A DNA stretch of 64,000 nucleotides from an uncultured Methanomassiliicoccales archaeon. GTDB taxonomy: Archaea > Thermoplasmatota > Thermoplasmata > Methanomassiliicoccales > CAZOLG01. Of the stretch, positions 1 to 9,039 are shown piece after piece. The stretch lies in assembly GCA_964580935.1 (NCBI GenBank), contig CAZOLG010000003.1:217098-281097 (forward strand). Reading direction: 5' to 3'. Within the stretch, counting starts at the first letter, position 1, and every line of letters begins with the position of its first letter. The translations under genes and the position numbers were made by a program. Below the pieces are notes generated by a model. It ran no database searches. It was not told the DNA's origin and saw only the letters and a list, made by a program, of their open reading frames with translations.

Positions 1-571
1 CCAGCCTCTGGATGAACTCTATTTCCTCTCCACTGGGAAACTTGAGATTCCCCTCAGCGTGGGCACTGGGGAAGAGTACCACTTCTCCAGAATCCAGGCC
101 GTGAGTGAAGACGCAGTCCCCGTCGTTTTCATGTTTGAGCAGTGTAGGAAAACACTCGAACCTGCCAGAGCCGTTGGTGGCCAGAGCTGCCTGAGGCTCC
201 CCAGTCATCACCTCTTCGAAGCCGGGCAGCAAACCCATCTCCACCAGGATCTGGAACCCGTTGCATATGCCCAGCACGGGCTTCTCTTCAAGCACGAACC
301 GCTTGAGATCTTCCTTCAACCTGCTCTTGATCCTGGAGGCGAATATGGCCCCCGCTCTTACGTAGTCGCCTGATGAAAACCCGCCGGGTAGCACCAGTAT
401 CTGAAAGTCCTGGAGATCTCTTCTCTTCTGGTCGGTGGACCCACCTATCAACTGCTTGAGATGTACCTTCTCTGGATCGGCGCCCAGGTGCTTGAAGGCC
501 CGGAAAGTCTCCTCCTCGCAGTTCGTACCCTCGATCCTGAGCACACAGATCTTGACTTCTTCTACCTTCAT
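1..571 (-). CDS. purQ: Phosphoribosylformylglycinamidine synthase subunit PurQ (glutaminase); 3' end runs off the window
   Basis: My own reverse-strand translation from the ATG at 571 gives MKVEEVKICVLRIEGTNCEEETFRAF...LVLPGGFSSGDY...VLGICNGFQILVEMGLLPG. It contains the class-I amidotransferase nucleophile motif GICNGFQ. It lies directly downstream of purL. It is absent from the ORF track because no stop falls within the window. Confidence 0.85.
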   Translation of the reverse strand, partial: MKVEEVKICVLRIEGTNCEEETFRAFKHLGADPEKVHLKQLIGGSTDQKRRDLQDFQILVLPGGFSSGDYVRAGAIFASRIKSRLKEDLKRFVLEEKPVLGICNGFQILVEMGLLPGFEEVMTGEPQAALATNGSGRFECFPTLLKHENDGDCVFTHGLDSGEVVLFPSAHAEGNLKFPSGEEIEFIQRL

Positions 572-579
572 CTTATCAC

Positions 580-2898
580 CTAGCCGAGTGCGCTCCAGAG
601 GGGCGTCGACCACGCCTCCCTGACTTCCTCCAGGCTGAGATCGATCAGGTCGTTTATAACCACTCTGTCTCCCCCCGTTTCCCCCATCTTCATGTGGGGT
701 ACGGTAACAGACTCGTTCCATTCGTCCTCTCTGTCTCCAGCAATTTCAACGAGCCAACGAGTGTTAGACTCCGAGAACAGTTCCACCCAGGGCTCGCTGC
801 CGCCCATGGACGACAGTCCCCCTTCGAAACCGAGGTCTCCTCCGATGCACATCTCGGCCAGGGCTACACCGAGACCGCCGTCCGAACAGTCGTGACAGCT
901 GTTGACCAGCCCCCGTCGAATCGCGTTCAGCAGCTCGTCTCTGCAAATGGGGAGGGAGCCCTTGTCCACCGAGGGCACTTCGCCCCCCCGTCCCCCGTAA
1001 TTCCGGTATAGGGCCGATCCCCCCATCTCCCTTCTGGTCACTCCCACCAGATAGAGAGGATTCCCCTCCGCCTTCAGATCCATGGTAACGCACTTCCTGA
1101 TGTCATGTACCAGCCCCACGCCCATCACCGTGGGAGTAGGGGTTACCGACTGCTGTGGCGTTTCGTTGTAGAAGCTGACGTTGCCCGAGGGCAGAGGCAG
1201 GTTCATCGCCCTCGCTATCTCTCCTATGCCCCTCACTGCCTCTTTGAATTCACCCAGCCTGTCCGGTTTCTCGGGGTTCCCGAAGTTCAGACAATCGGTC
1301 AGAGAGTGGGGAAGTGCTCCCACCGATACCAGGTTCCTGCAGACCTCGTCCACCGCAGACTGGCCCCCTCTGAAGGGATCGAGTCTTGTGAACCAGGGGT
1401 TGACCCCAATGGTCACCGCCAATCCCTTATAGGAGTCTTCGAGGGGTTTGATAACTGAGGCGTCCCCGTGGCTCCTGCAGCCGAGTTTCCCCTGCAGGGG
1501 TTTGATCACTGTGGACGCCCTCACCTCCTGATCGTACTGTCTTATGACCCAGTCCTTGGATGCAATATTGTAATCCGAAAGTAGTGTGAGTAAAATCTCG
1601 TTCAAGTCGTCTGGTAGTTCTGGAGGTGTCTCTTCCATCTCCAGGGAAGGACGCTTAACCACACAGGGCCGACAGTATTCTGGACCCTGAGTAAGGAACT
1701 CGATGGACAGTTCGAAGACCTGCTCCCCGTCGTACTCAAGCCTCACTATTTCCTCCTTCATTGCACTGCCCACCACTGTGGCCGGCACGTCCCAGAGGTC
1801 GAACACCTCCATTATCTCTTCCAGATCCTCCTCAGGAGCGGAGAGCATCATCCGTTCCTGGGACTCGGAGACCCAAATCTCCCATGGGGCGAGTCCCTCC
1901 TCCTTCAGGGGCACCTTGCTCAGGTCAACGGTGGCTCCGTAACCACCCTCCAAGGCCATCTCTCCCACCACGCAGGAGAGGCCGCCCCCGCCCAGGTCTT
2001 TCATACCGCTGATCAACCCTCTCTTGTTAACCTCAAGGCAGGCGTGAATCAGTGGCTCCTTCATGATAGGGTCTCCCAGCTGTACCGCCCCTATGTGCTC
2101 CTCTTCAGAACTATCGTCCAGTTGGGCAGAGGCGAAGGTCACCCCGTGTATCCCGTCTCTTCCCGTCTTTCCTCCGACAAGGATCAGCAGGTCGTCGTCC
2201 GCGCCCACCGCATTCTTCACCAGTTCCTCCTTGGGAACGATGCCCATGCACCCAACATTGACCAGACAATTCCCTATGTAGCCACGGTCGAAGAACACAC
2301 CTCCGCACACCGTGGGTATGCCCACCCGATTACCGTAGTCTCTTATGCCCGACACCACGCCCTCCATCAGGTACCTGGGGTGCTTCACTCCCGGTGGAAG
2401 TTTCTCTTGAAAGTCGAGCGGGCCGAAGAAGAGGGGGTCTATCAGTGCCACGGGTTGGGCACCCATGCACAGGACGTCTCTCAGGATGCCCCCGATCCCG
2501 GTGGCCGCTCCGCCGTAGGGCTCGATGGCAGAGGGATGGTTGTGACTCTCTATCCTTAGCGCGTATCCATGGTCCTTGTCAAAGGACATCACCCCGGCGT
2601 CTCCTTTGGCCAATACATCGGGATGATCGATATCGAACAGGTGCTCCTTGAGATAGACCTTCGAGCTCTTGTAACAGCAGTGTTCACTCCACGCCTGGGC
2701 TATGGACTGAAGCTCCACATCTGTGGGATTTCTGCCCTTCTCCCTGAAGTGTATCCTGATCATGAGCATCTCTTCTCTACTCAGATTCAGCCCCATCTTC
2801 TCCACGATGTCCATCATATCGTCCGTATCTGAAGAGAAGAGGTTCACTTCGTACAGTTCGAAAGGAACATCGATTTTCTTGAGCAGCTCAGCGGTCAT
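580..2898 (-). CDS. purL: Phosphoribosylformylglycinamidine synthase subunit PurL
   Basis: The long ORF has PurL/AIR-synthase-like repeats (SHNHPSAIEPYGGAATGIGG, DCLNFGNPEKP). The likely start is Met23 of the track ORF (MTAELLKK, ATG at 2898), 9 nt after the purS stop. Confidence 0.95.
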   Translation of the reverse strand: MTAELLKKIDVPFELYEVNLFSSDTDDMMDIVEKMGLNLSREEMLMIRIHFREKGRNPTDVELQSIAQAWSEHCCYKSSKVYLKEHLFDIDHPDVLAKGDAGVMSFDKDHGYALRIESHNHPSAIEPYGGAATGIGGILRDVLCMGAQPVALIDPLFFGPLDFQEKLPPGVKHPRYLMEGVVSGIRDYGNRVGIPTVCGGVFFDRGYIGNCLVNVGCMGIVPKEELVKNAVGADDDLLILVGGKTGRDGIHGVTFASAQLDDSSEEEHIGAVQLGDPIMKEPLIHACLEVNKRGLISGMKDLGGGGLSCVVGEMALEGGYGATVDLSKVPLKEEGLAPWEIWVSESQERMMLSAPEEDLEEIMEVFDLWDVPATVVGSAMKEEIVRLEYDGEQVFELSIEFLTQGPEYCRPCVVKRPSLEMEETPPELPDDLNEILLTLLSDYNIASKDWVIRQYDQEVRASTVIKPLQGKLGCRSHGDASVIKPLEDSYKGLAVTIGVNPWFTRLDPFRGGQSAVDEVCRNLVSVGALPHSLTDCLNFGNPEKPDRLGEFKEAVRGIGEIARAMNLPLPSGNVSFYNETPQQSVTPTPTVMGVGLVHDIRKCVTMDLKAEGNPLYLVGVTRREMGGSALYRNYGGRGGEVPSVDKGSLPICRDELLNAIRRGLVNSCHDCSDGGLGVALAEMCIGGDLGFEGGLSSMGGSEPWVELFSESNTRWLVEIAGDREDEWNESVTVPHMKMGETGGDRVVINDLIDLSLEEVREAWSTPLWSALG

Positions 2899-2906
2899 CG
2901 GTACCC

Positions 2907-3146
2907 TCACTTCAACTCGATGCTGTAGTCCTGTATGACCGGGTTTGCCAGCAGCTTCCTGCACATCTCCTCTGCTTCCTTCAGGGCTCCCTCTCCCTCG
3001 GCCGCCATGTCCACCTCGAACAGCTTCATGGATCTCACTTCATTGATACCCTCAAAACCGAGCAGCTCCAGGGCCTTCTTGGTGTTCTGGCCTTCTGGGT
3101 CGGCGACGCCCTCCTTCAATTCAATAGTGATCCGCGTGATTACCAT
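2907..3146 (-). CDS. purS: Phosphoribosylformylglycinamidine synthase subunit PurS
   Basis: 79-aa protein with the typical PurS length and pattern (ITIELKEGVADPEG...ALELLGF). It sits in purS-purL-purQ order. Confidence 0.85.
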   Translation of the reverse strand: MVITRITIELKEGVADPEGQNTKKALELLGFEGINEVRSMKLFEVDMAAEGEGALKEAEEMCRKLLANPVIQDYSIELK

Positions 3147-3192
3147 TAGAGCACCAGCTCGGTAATCTTCTGACCACTACTTAATTCTGTTC

Positions 3193-3834
3193 TTATAACA
3201 CGCCGGCACCGATCAGGAATTGTATGGTGCCTGTATAGATGAAGTGTATTCCCACCGCGGCCAGCAGTATGCCCATGATGCGGGTGAAGGCCATGGTCCC
3301 GCTCTTGCCCATGAGCCTACTGATTGTGGAGGAGTTCATCAGCAGGATGTAGGTGATCACCGCCACCAGGGGCACAATCATGAACACTGAAATGAGATCG
3401 AATAGTGAACCGCTTGAGATGGTCTCCGAGACCAGGATCATCACCGTGGTGATGGCGCCCGGTCCAACATGCAGTGGAATTCCCAGTGGAACTATGCCCA
3501 GTTGCTCCAGGGAGGGTTCTTCCCGCTCCTCCTTAGATATCTTTGTTCTGGACCACTCGCCCTGTACCATGGAAAAGGAGATGTAGAAGAGCAGTACGCC
3601 GCCCGCCACTTTGAATGTGTGGATGGTGATACCGTATATGGAAAAGATCCAGTTACCCAGCAATCCAAAAGTCAGCAGGGTAACCACCATCACCATGAAT
3701 ATGTTGAGCACCACCCTCTTTTTCAAGTCCTTTGTGAAGTCCCCGGTGATCTCTTCGATGATGGGCACATTAGCAATCGGATTGATGATGGCGAAAAGAG
3801 TGGCGAAGGCACCGATTGCAAAGTCCAGTCCCAT
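3193..3834 (-). CDS. MarC-family (UPF0056) integral membrane protein
   Basis: Polytopic membrane protein with the MarC-like N-terminus FATLFAIINPIANVPI. I prefer the start at Met20 (ATG 3834), which is preceded by GAGGTGA. Confidence 0.7.
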   Translation of the reverse strand: MGLDFAIGAFATLFAIINPIANVPIIEEITGDFTKDLKKRVVLNIFMVMVVTLLTFGLLGNWIFSIYGITIHTFKVAGGVLLFYISFSMVQGEWSRTKISKEEREEPSLEQLGIVPLGIPLHVGPGAITTVMILVSETISSGSLFDLISVFMIVPLVAVITYILLMNSSTISRLMGKSGTMAFTRIMGILLAAVGIHFIYTGTIQFLIGAGVL

Positions 3835-3890
3835 AGATTCACCTCGAGTCCTGCGTTCATATTTAAAGATTTTGAATGCCATCCATGCCA

Positions 3891-4655
3891 CTACCCTCCT
3901 TCGACATGCCTGGCGAAAACCATGTATCCCGTGTGGCCCAAGTTATCAAACGAGGGCCTGATGCCTCCAGAATGCACCTTCATACCCCTCTGTATGTTCT
4001 CCAAGGCGTACACTTCTACGAAGTTCCGGGCCCTCAGGCCATTCACGGTCCTTTCCACCTGGTTTGTGTTCGGAACGTAAGCGCAGAAGCGCCCGCCTGA
4101 CCTGAGCAGTCTTACCACATTGTCCAGCGCATCCCATGGGTTAGGTATGTCCAGTATGACTGCATCTCCCTCTTCGTCCAGAGATATCTGGGTTATATCC
4201 CCTTTCTTCGGTAGCCATCTGTGGAGTCTTCCCGCTCTTTCGATATTCTTTCTTGCCGTCTCAGCGAAGTCATCTCGTATTTCCACTGAGATCACTCTGC
4301 CTTCTGGCGCCACCGCTCCCAGAAGTGCCAGGGTCAGCGAACCCGAACCCAAACCCCCCTCTATGACTGTGTCTCCACTCTTCAGATCGGTGCGAAATAT
4401 GATGGTCTCCACATCCTTCTCTGTGATGATCTGAGCCCCCCTCTCGATCGCTCCCATCAGCTCGCCGGTTCCAGGACTCAGTGCCCAGAAGTCTCTACCC
4501 GCTATGTTGATCCGAGAACCGCTCTTCTTGCCCACGACCCTTCCGCCGTTAACCACACCGAGGCCATGGATCTCCATCATGCCATCTTCCAGTACCATCC
4601 AGTACCTCTTCCCGTTGGAGTCCAGTAGATAGATGTATTCCCCTTCACTCAGCAT
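3891..4655 (-). CDS. trmI: tRNA (adenine-N1)-methyltransferase TrmI/Gcd14 family
   Basis: Contains the SAM motif VIEGGLGSGSLTLAL and an overall Gcd14-like layout. The start is moved to Met38 (MLSEGEY, ATG 4655), because the upstream extension overlaps the neighbouring gene and is low-complexity. Confidence 0.8.
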   Translation of the reverse strand: MLSEGEYIYLLDSNGKRYWMVLEDGMMEIHGLGVVNGGRVVGKKSGSRINIAGRDFWALSPGTGELMGAIERGAQIITEKDVETIIFRTDLKSGDTVIEGGLGSGSLTLALLGAVAPEGRVISVEIRDDFAETARKNIERAGRLHRWLPKKGDITQISLDEEGDAVILDIPNPWDALDNVVRLLRSGGRFCAYVPNTNQVERTVNGLRARNFVEVYALENIQRGMKVHSGGIRPSFDNLGHTGYMVFARHVEGG

Positions 4656-4701
4656 CGAATGCCTATGGTAGGCAAAGGAAAAAAGGATTGCGAATAGAGG
4701 T

Positions 4702-5115
4702 CTACTCCTTGATTCTCTTCCCGCAGTGGGGGCACTCCCAGTTGTGGGAGGAGATCGCGGCCCCACAGTGGGGGCACCTGGGTATCCCCTCTATCTGGTC
4801 GACGTTAACCTTTGAATCAGCCTCCTCTGCCTCCTCATTCTTCTCCTCCCACTTATCTTTCTCGTAGTAATGGTCTTTGAACTTGTATTGGGGATTCTCG
4901 TATTCAGGGCGGGGAGGATACTGGTATGGGTATCTGCGCTCCATCTTGATTCGCGCTAGGTATATACCCAACCCTACCACACTTAGAAGGAGGCCCAGAA
5001 GCAGCCAATAGGATTCAAACCTCTTATTGGCCTTCATGTCCAGGTACATCCAGACGGCGATGATAGCTCCGGCGAGGAACCAGGCTAAAATAAGAATGAT
5101 TATTTCGATTCCCAT
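4702..5115 (-). CDS. Hypothetical membrane protein with C-terminal zinc ribbon
   Basis: Two N-terminal TM helices, a Pro/Tyr/Glu-rich linker, and a C-terminal CPHCG...CPHCG motif. A TATA-rich element (TTATATAAAAATATA, about 5148-5162) lies upstream. Confidence 0.5.
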   Translation of the reverse strand: MGIEIIILILAWFLAGAIIAVWMYLDMKANKRFESYWLLLGLLLSVVGLGIYLARIKMERRYPYQYPPRPEYENPQYKFKDHYYEKDKWEEKNEEAEEADSKVNVDQIEGIPRCPHCGAAISSHNWECPHCGKRIKE

Positions 5116-5282
5116 CCCATCACTGTTCCCAACACCATGTAGGGGTTATATAAAAATATAGTTTGTAGAATCCCTGGCTGAACTGAAAGGTGCCTTCTTA
5201 GACGTATCCTCTCAGGGTCGTTTCCTATCAGTAGAACTCCGCACAGTTTGCTGATAATGGTAGTTTGCACATCAGCCATTAT

Positions 5283-6575
5283 AATTCTTCAAACGGAGCG
5301 TTGAAATATGCCACCGATTCAACCGGACTGTAGGTCAATGAAACGGTAGATGATGGAGCGGGCAATTCTGTCGGCCTGAGCTTTAGCATCGCTGTGGCCA
5401 CTGATGGTAAAGTCTAGATATCGTACTATGATATGACCAGCGGTGATGTGAAGGTGACGGTGGGTGATTCGGGCTCATGGAGTATCACTCATATAGATAA
5501 TGGAACTTCACTGCCGGGTCACATCCATCAGACTGCCCTGGCAATACACAACGACACCGTCCATCTGGTGTATACCACCTACGACGGCCCTGATGGATGG
5601 TTGATACATGCCTGGGATGATGGTGCAGGATGGTCGATAGAGAACGTCCTCGACAACGGAATGCCGGTGATGGTGTGGAATTCAACCTTCAACACTACAA
5701 GCGGCAAGCAGGTGTGCCAGACCTCACCCCTCCCGCACTGACCGTCGTGTCTCCGGAAGACGCTTCCAGGCTGCCCACTTCTACCTTCCAGATCGTGTGG
5801 AGCGTGGAGGACGCAGCATCCGGAGTCAATAAGACCTGGGTCAGTGTGAATAGCGGTCCGTGGATGGAGACCTCCTTGACGTTTACCGTGGAAGACATGC
5901 CCAACGGTGGTATGGAGTTCGCAGTTAAGGCTTCAGACGAGGCAGGAAGTGAAGCAGTGATCGAGGGGGGGGGTGTTCATCACGGTGCCACCGACGGTCA
6001 CAGACTACTCCCCCACTGGCACCGAATTGGAGATGGTGAACTCGATATATGTGTCCTTTTCCACACTAATGAACAACGATTCTGTGGACATATCCGTACC
6101 AGGGTACTCGGGAACTATAGCATGGAGCGCAGAAGGGGCCACCTTGATGCTTGACGACTACCTGGCCGTTTCCACCGAATACATGGTGACCATTACCGGA
6201 GAGGATGAGGTGGGAGTAGAGATGGAACCCTTCAGCTGGACGTTCACCACCGCAGACCATATAGTGGTGGAGTGCGTCATCGTCGACTCCGACGGCAACC
6301 CCGTTCCGGTTGCAGAGGTGACCGTGAACGGACAGAATGTTTCCACCGATGAGAAGGGGCGCTACGTGCTGAGGTTGATCCCCGGAACACACTCGTTGAA
6401 CCTCGAGGCCGGTGAATACTGGGGAACAACGGTGGATGTCGACATCGGTGGTGAAGGATACCAGGAACTAGCACCGATCACCATGGACGAAATGAATCTA
6501 ACAGGTATCGTCCTGGTGTTCGCCACCTTCTTCTTCACCCTCGGACTGGCGATGAGAACCACACTCAAGAGGTGA
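5283..6575 (+). pseudogene. Decayed cell-surface protein gene (beta-propeller-like repeats, Ig-like/SbsA-type domain, carboxypeptidase-regulatory-like domain, C-terminal TM anchor)
   Basis: The reading frame runs 3 -> 2 -> 3. There are two in-frame TAG codons (5331-5333, 5415-5417) inside repeat units (..KYATDSTGL*VNETVDDGAGNSVGLSFSIAVATDGKV*ISYYD..). There is one frameshift near 5660-5740 and a second exactly at a G9 run (5965-5973). No signal peptide or N-terminus remains. Confidence 0.6.
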
Positions 6576-6666
6576 ACCTTCGGAAGGCACAAAACCCCTT
6601 GTCCTTTTCTATTCACTTCAGGAGTCTCGTTGAAATACCACCACTCTCTTCTAGTCTAGAAATGAG

Positions 6667-6891
6667 ATGACACTGGAAGAGCGGAAGGAAGTAATTGCCC
6701 GACTGATGAGCATCCCCCGTATGACAGAGAAGGCGGGCGAAGGCCTCTACTTGCTGAGCATAACCTCCGGGGAGGAGCTGAAAGACAGAGACCCTGTGGA
6801 ACTGTACGAAGAGTTGAGGAACAGGGATGATTTCTACGCTGAACCCTGCCTCCTGAACACATTGAGAATAGTCATTAGGATGGTCCAGTAG
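6667..6891 (+). CDS. Small helix-hairpin-helix protein (Cdd1/'pathogenicity locus'-like family, tentative)
   Basis: 74-aa protein whose pattern (L.SIP..GEK.AE.L...GI.S.EELK.RDP.ELYE.L) resembles small HhH proteins. Recognised from memory only. Confidence 0.4.
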   Translation: MTLEERKEVIARLMSIPRMTEKAGEGLYLLSITSGEELKDRDPVELYEELRNRDDFYAEPCLLNTLRIVIRMVQ

Positions 6892-7089
6892 AGGTTCACA
6901 TCGCAGTATCTGGAAGCCTCTACATCGCTTTCCATTGACAAGCCTCCGACAAACCTCCAGGGGCGGCTGGACTCCAGTACTCCAGGGCCAGTTGATGAAC
7001 CGAATCTTCTGATTCTACTGGGTCACTTGGCAACAGCGATACCCTTCATGTAGTGACACTGGATCGACACTCCAGGAACCATCTTCTTG

Positions 7090-8658
7090 CTATATCGTCC
7101 ATATCTTCCCGTAGTAGTCCCCCAAAAGGTCTTCCAGCCCCTCTCTACATCTCCTGACTGCCAGAGGCAGGTGGTCCAGTATATCCTGAGCAGTCATTCC
7201 ATCTTCCCCCTTATCTTCAGCGGCTAGATCTCCGGAGAGTCCATGGACGAATACACCCATCTGTACTGAAGTCTCCAGATCCAGGCCCAGACCGTACATC
7301 GCAGCCACCGTCCCGGTGAGTACGTCACCGCTACCCGCTGTGGCCATGCCCGGATTCCCGCTCATATTAACGAAGACTCTCCCGTCCGGGTGACCGACAA
7401 GAGAGTGGGCCTCCTTCAGCACAATTGTGGAGCCCAGATCTTCAGTTAGATCTCTAAGAATGCCTATCCTGTCCTCCATGATGTCTGTTTTCTCTTTACC
7501 ACTGATCCTGGTCATTTCTCCGGGGTGAGGAGTGATGACCGTGGGAGCCTCTCTGTCTCTGATCGTCTGAAGATCTTTGGAGATGGCGGTGATGCCGTCC
7601 CCATCGATCAACAACGGCCTGTCGATCCTTGCGGCTAACTCTCTGGCCAGCTTCTGGCTCTCCTCATTCAGAGACAGTCCGGGCCCCAGCACCACCATGT
7701 CCATCGCCTCTGAAACCTCCAGCAGGTGGTCGAGATTGCTGAAAGAAATGCTACCCCCTCCCGTCTCCTCCATGGGGAGGAAGACGATCTCGCTACCCTT
7801 GTTGGCCAGGAAAGAGGAGATAGAGGCTGGAGTTGCCAGTCTCGAATAACCTCCGCCCGCCTTCAGGAAGGAGAGTGCCGAAAAATAGGGTGCACCCAGG
7901 TAGCTGGCCGCCCCGGCTATGAACAACACTTCGCCGAAGGTTCCCTTGTGGCCCGCTTCGTCCCTCTTCGGGAGCTGGACCGGCTGGCTTACTTCTACTG
8001 CTATCCGGTCATACATCGATGGTGGAAATGAGATATGTGTGACATACAGCTTGCCTCCCCGCTCGAATCCAGGGTACAGTATGTTGCCCTGCTTGGGCAG
8101 GCCGAAGGTAACTGTGCAGTGGGCGTCGATCGCAGTACCCATCACCTGTCCACTGTTACCGTTGATGCCGGAGGGGATGTCCACACTGAACACCGGCTTT
8201 CCGCTCCTGTTAATCAGTTTGATGGCCTCCTCGTACGTGCCTCTCACTTCTCCTGAAATACCGGTTCCCAGCAATGCGTCCACTATCACGTCACATTCCT
8301 CCAGACACTCCAGGAGTACCCTGTCGTCCTCGAAGGGTGTCACTTCAACAGGTAGGCTCTTCACGATATCGAAGTTCGTACTGGCAATACCACCGAACTT
8401 CTCCGGTTCACTCATCAGAATAATACGGGGCTCTCCTCCGTTAGAGTGCAGCTTTCTGGCTACCACCAGCCCATCGCCTCCGTTGTTACCCGAGCCACAG
8501 AATATTAGGAATTTCTTTCCGGTCACGCCCACCTCTCTCATTATGACATCGCTGACCGCACCGCCCGCGTTTTCCATCAGAAGTATACCCTCGATACCGA
8601 ATTCCTCGATCGCCCTCTTATCGAGACCATGCATCTCCTCCACAGAGCTGATTTTCAT
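7090..8658 (-). CDS. nnr: Bifunctional NAD(P)H-hydrate repair enzyme (epimerase/ADP-dependent dehydratase)
   Basis: The N-terminal YjeF_N domain carries the motif CGSGNNGGDG. The C-terminal carbohydrate-kinase domain carries AGSGDVLTG. The start ATG at 8658 is preceded by GGAGGGTGA. Confidence 0.9.
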   Translation of the reverse strand: MKISSVEEMHGLDKRAIEEFGIEGILLMENAGGAVSDVIMREVGVTGKKFLIFCGSGNNGGDGLVVARKLHSNGGEPRIILMSEPEKFGGIASTNFDIVKSLPVEVTPFEDDRVLLECLEECDVIVDALLGTGISGEVRGTYEEAIKLINRSGKPVFSVDIPSGINGNSGQVMGTAIDAHCTVTFGLPKQGNILYPGFERGGKLYVTHISFPPSMYDRIAVEVSQPVQLPKRDEAGHKGTFGEVLFIAGAASYLGAPYFSALSFLKAGGGYSRLATPASISSFLANKGSEIVFLPMEETGGGSISFSNLDHLLEVSEAMDMVVLGPGLSLNEESQKLARELAARIDRPLLIDGDGITAISKDLQTIRDREAPTVITPHPGEMTRISGKEKTDIMEDRIGILRDLTEDLGSTIVLKEAHSLVGHPDGRVFVNMSGNPGMATAGSGDVLTGTVAAMYGLGLDLETSVQMGVFVHGLSGDLAAEDKGEDGMTAQDILDHLPLAVRRCREGLEDLLGDYYGKIWTI

Positions 8659-8798
8659 AGTCACCCTCCAGTACTCAATATTCATTCCGGCCTAATAAAC
8701 AAATTGTTGGTGGCTAGCGCTTCGGTACCAGTCAGCGTAGCCGTACAAGGCCAGCCCCCGTTCCAGACTGTATGCGCCCTCAGAGGCCTCGGAAAGAA

Positions 8799-8806
8799 TT
8801 TTTATA
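8799..8806 (+). promoter_or_regulatory. TATA box (TTTTTATA) with upstream purine-rich BRE-like GGAAAGAA
   Basis: Centred about 27 nt upstream of the ATG at 8830, which implies a leaderless transcript. Confidence 0.35.
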
Positions 8807-8829
8807 CCCTTAAGGTATTGAGCGCCACG

Positions 8830-9039
8830 ATGGATTCCAAGTTCCCCAAGGCTGTGAAGATGTTCCTCTCCATAGCCCTGTTGGTCGCAGGATTCGCCAT
8901 GTACTGGATATGGGGACTGCTGTACGGTAGCTGGAATTTCTTTGAAAAGGATTACATCGGTGTCTATTCTATCGTGGTGGTCCTGATAGGGTTCGGATTA
9001 ATCGGACTGCTCCTCACCTTCAGAGAACACCCTGGCTGA
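8830..9039 (+). CDS. Small two-TM membrane protein, hypothetical
   Basis: 69 aa from the internal ATG at 8830 (MDSKFPKAVKMFLSIALLVAGFAMYWIW...). Two hydrophobic helices. The upstream part of the track ORF is antisense to nnr. Confidence 0.4.
   Translation: MDSKFPKAVKMFLSIALLVAGFAMYWIWGLLYGSWNFFEKDYIGVYSIVVVLIGFGLIGLLLTFREHPG

Noticed and set aside
5331-5417. In-frame TAG codons in the surface-protein repeats as possible pyrrolysine or reassigned sense codons.
   Set aside because: TAG clearly terminates intact housekeeping genes in this window (purL at 580-582, trmI at 3891-3893, nnr at 7090-7092). The two TAGs align to different consensus residues in the repeat. The same gene also carries frameshifts. 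Ordinary pseudogenisation is the simpler explanation.
6892-7089. Possible small gene or remnant downstream of nnr (MVPGVSIQCHYMKGIAVAK*...).
   Set aside because: Only 19 codons precede a stop. The continuation overlaps the opposite-strand HhH gene, and no family is recognisable. The evidence is insufficient to call a gene or a pseudogene.
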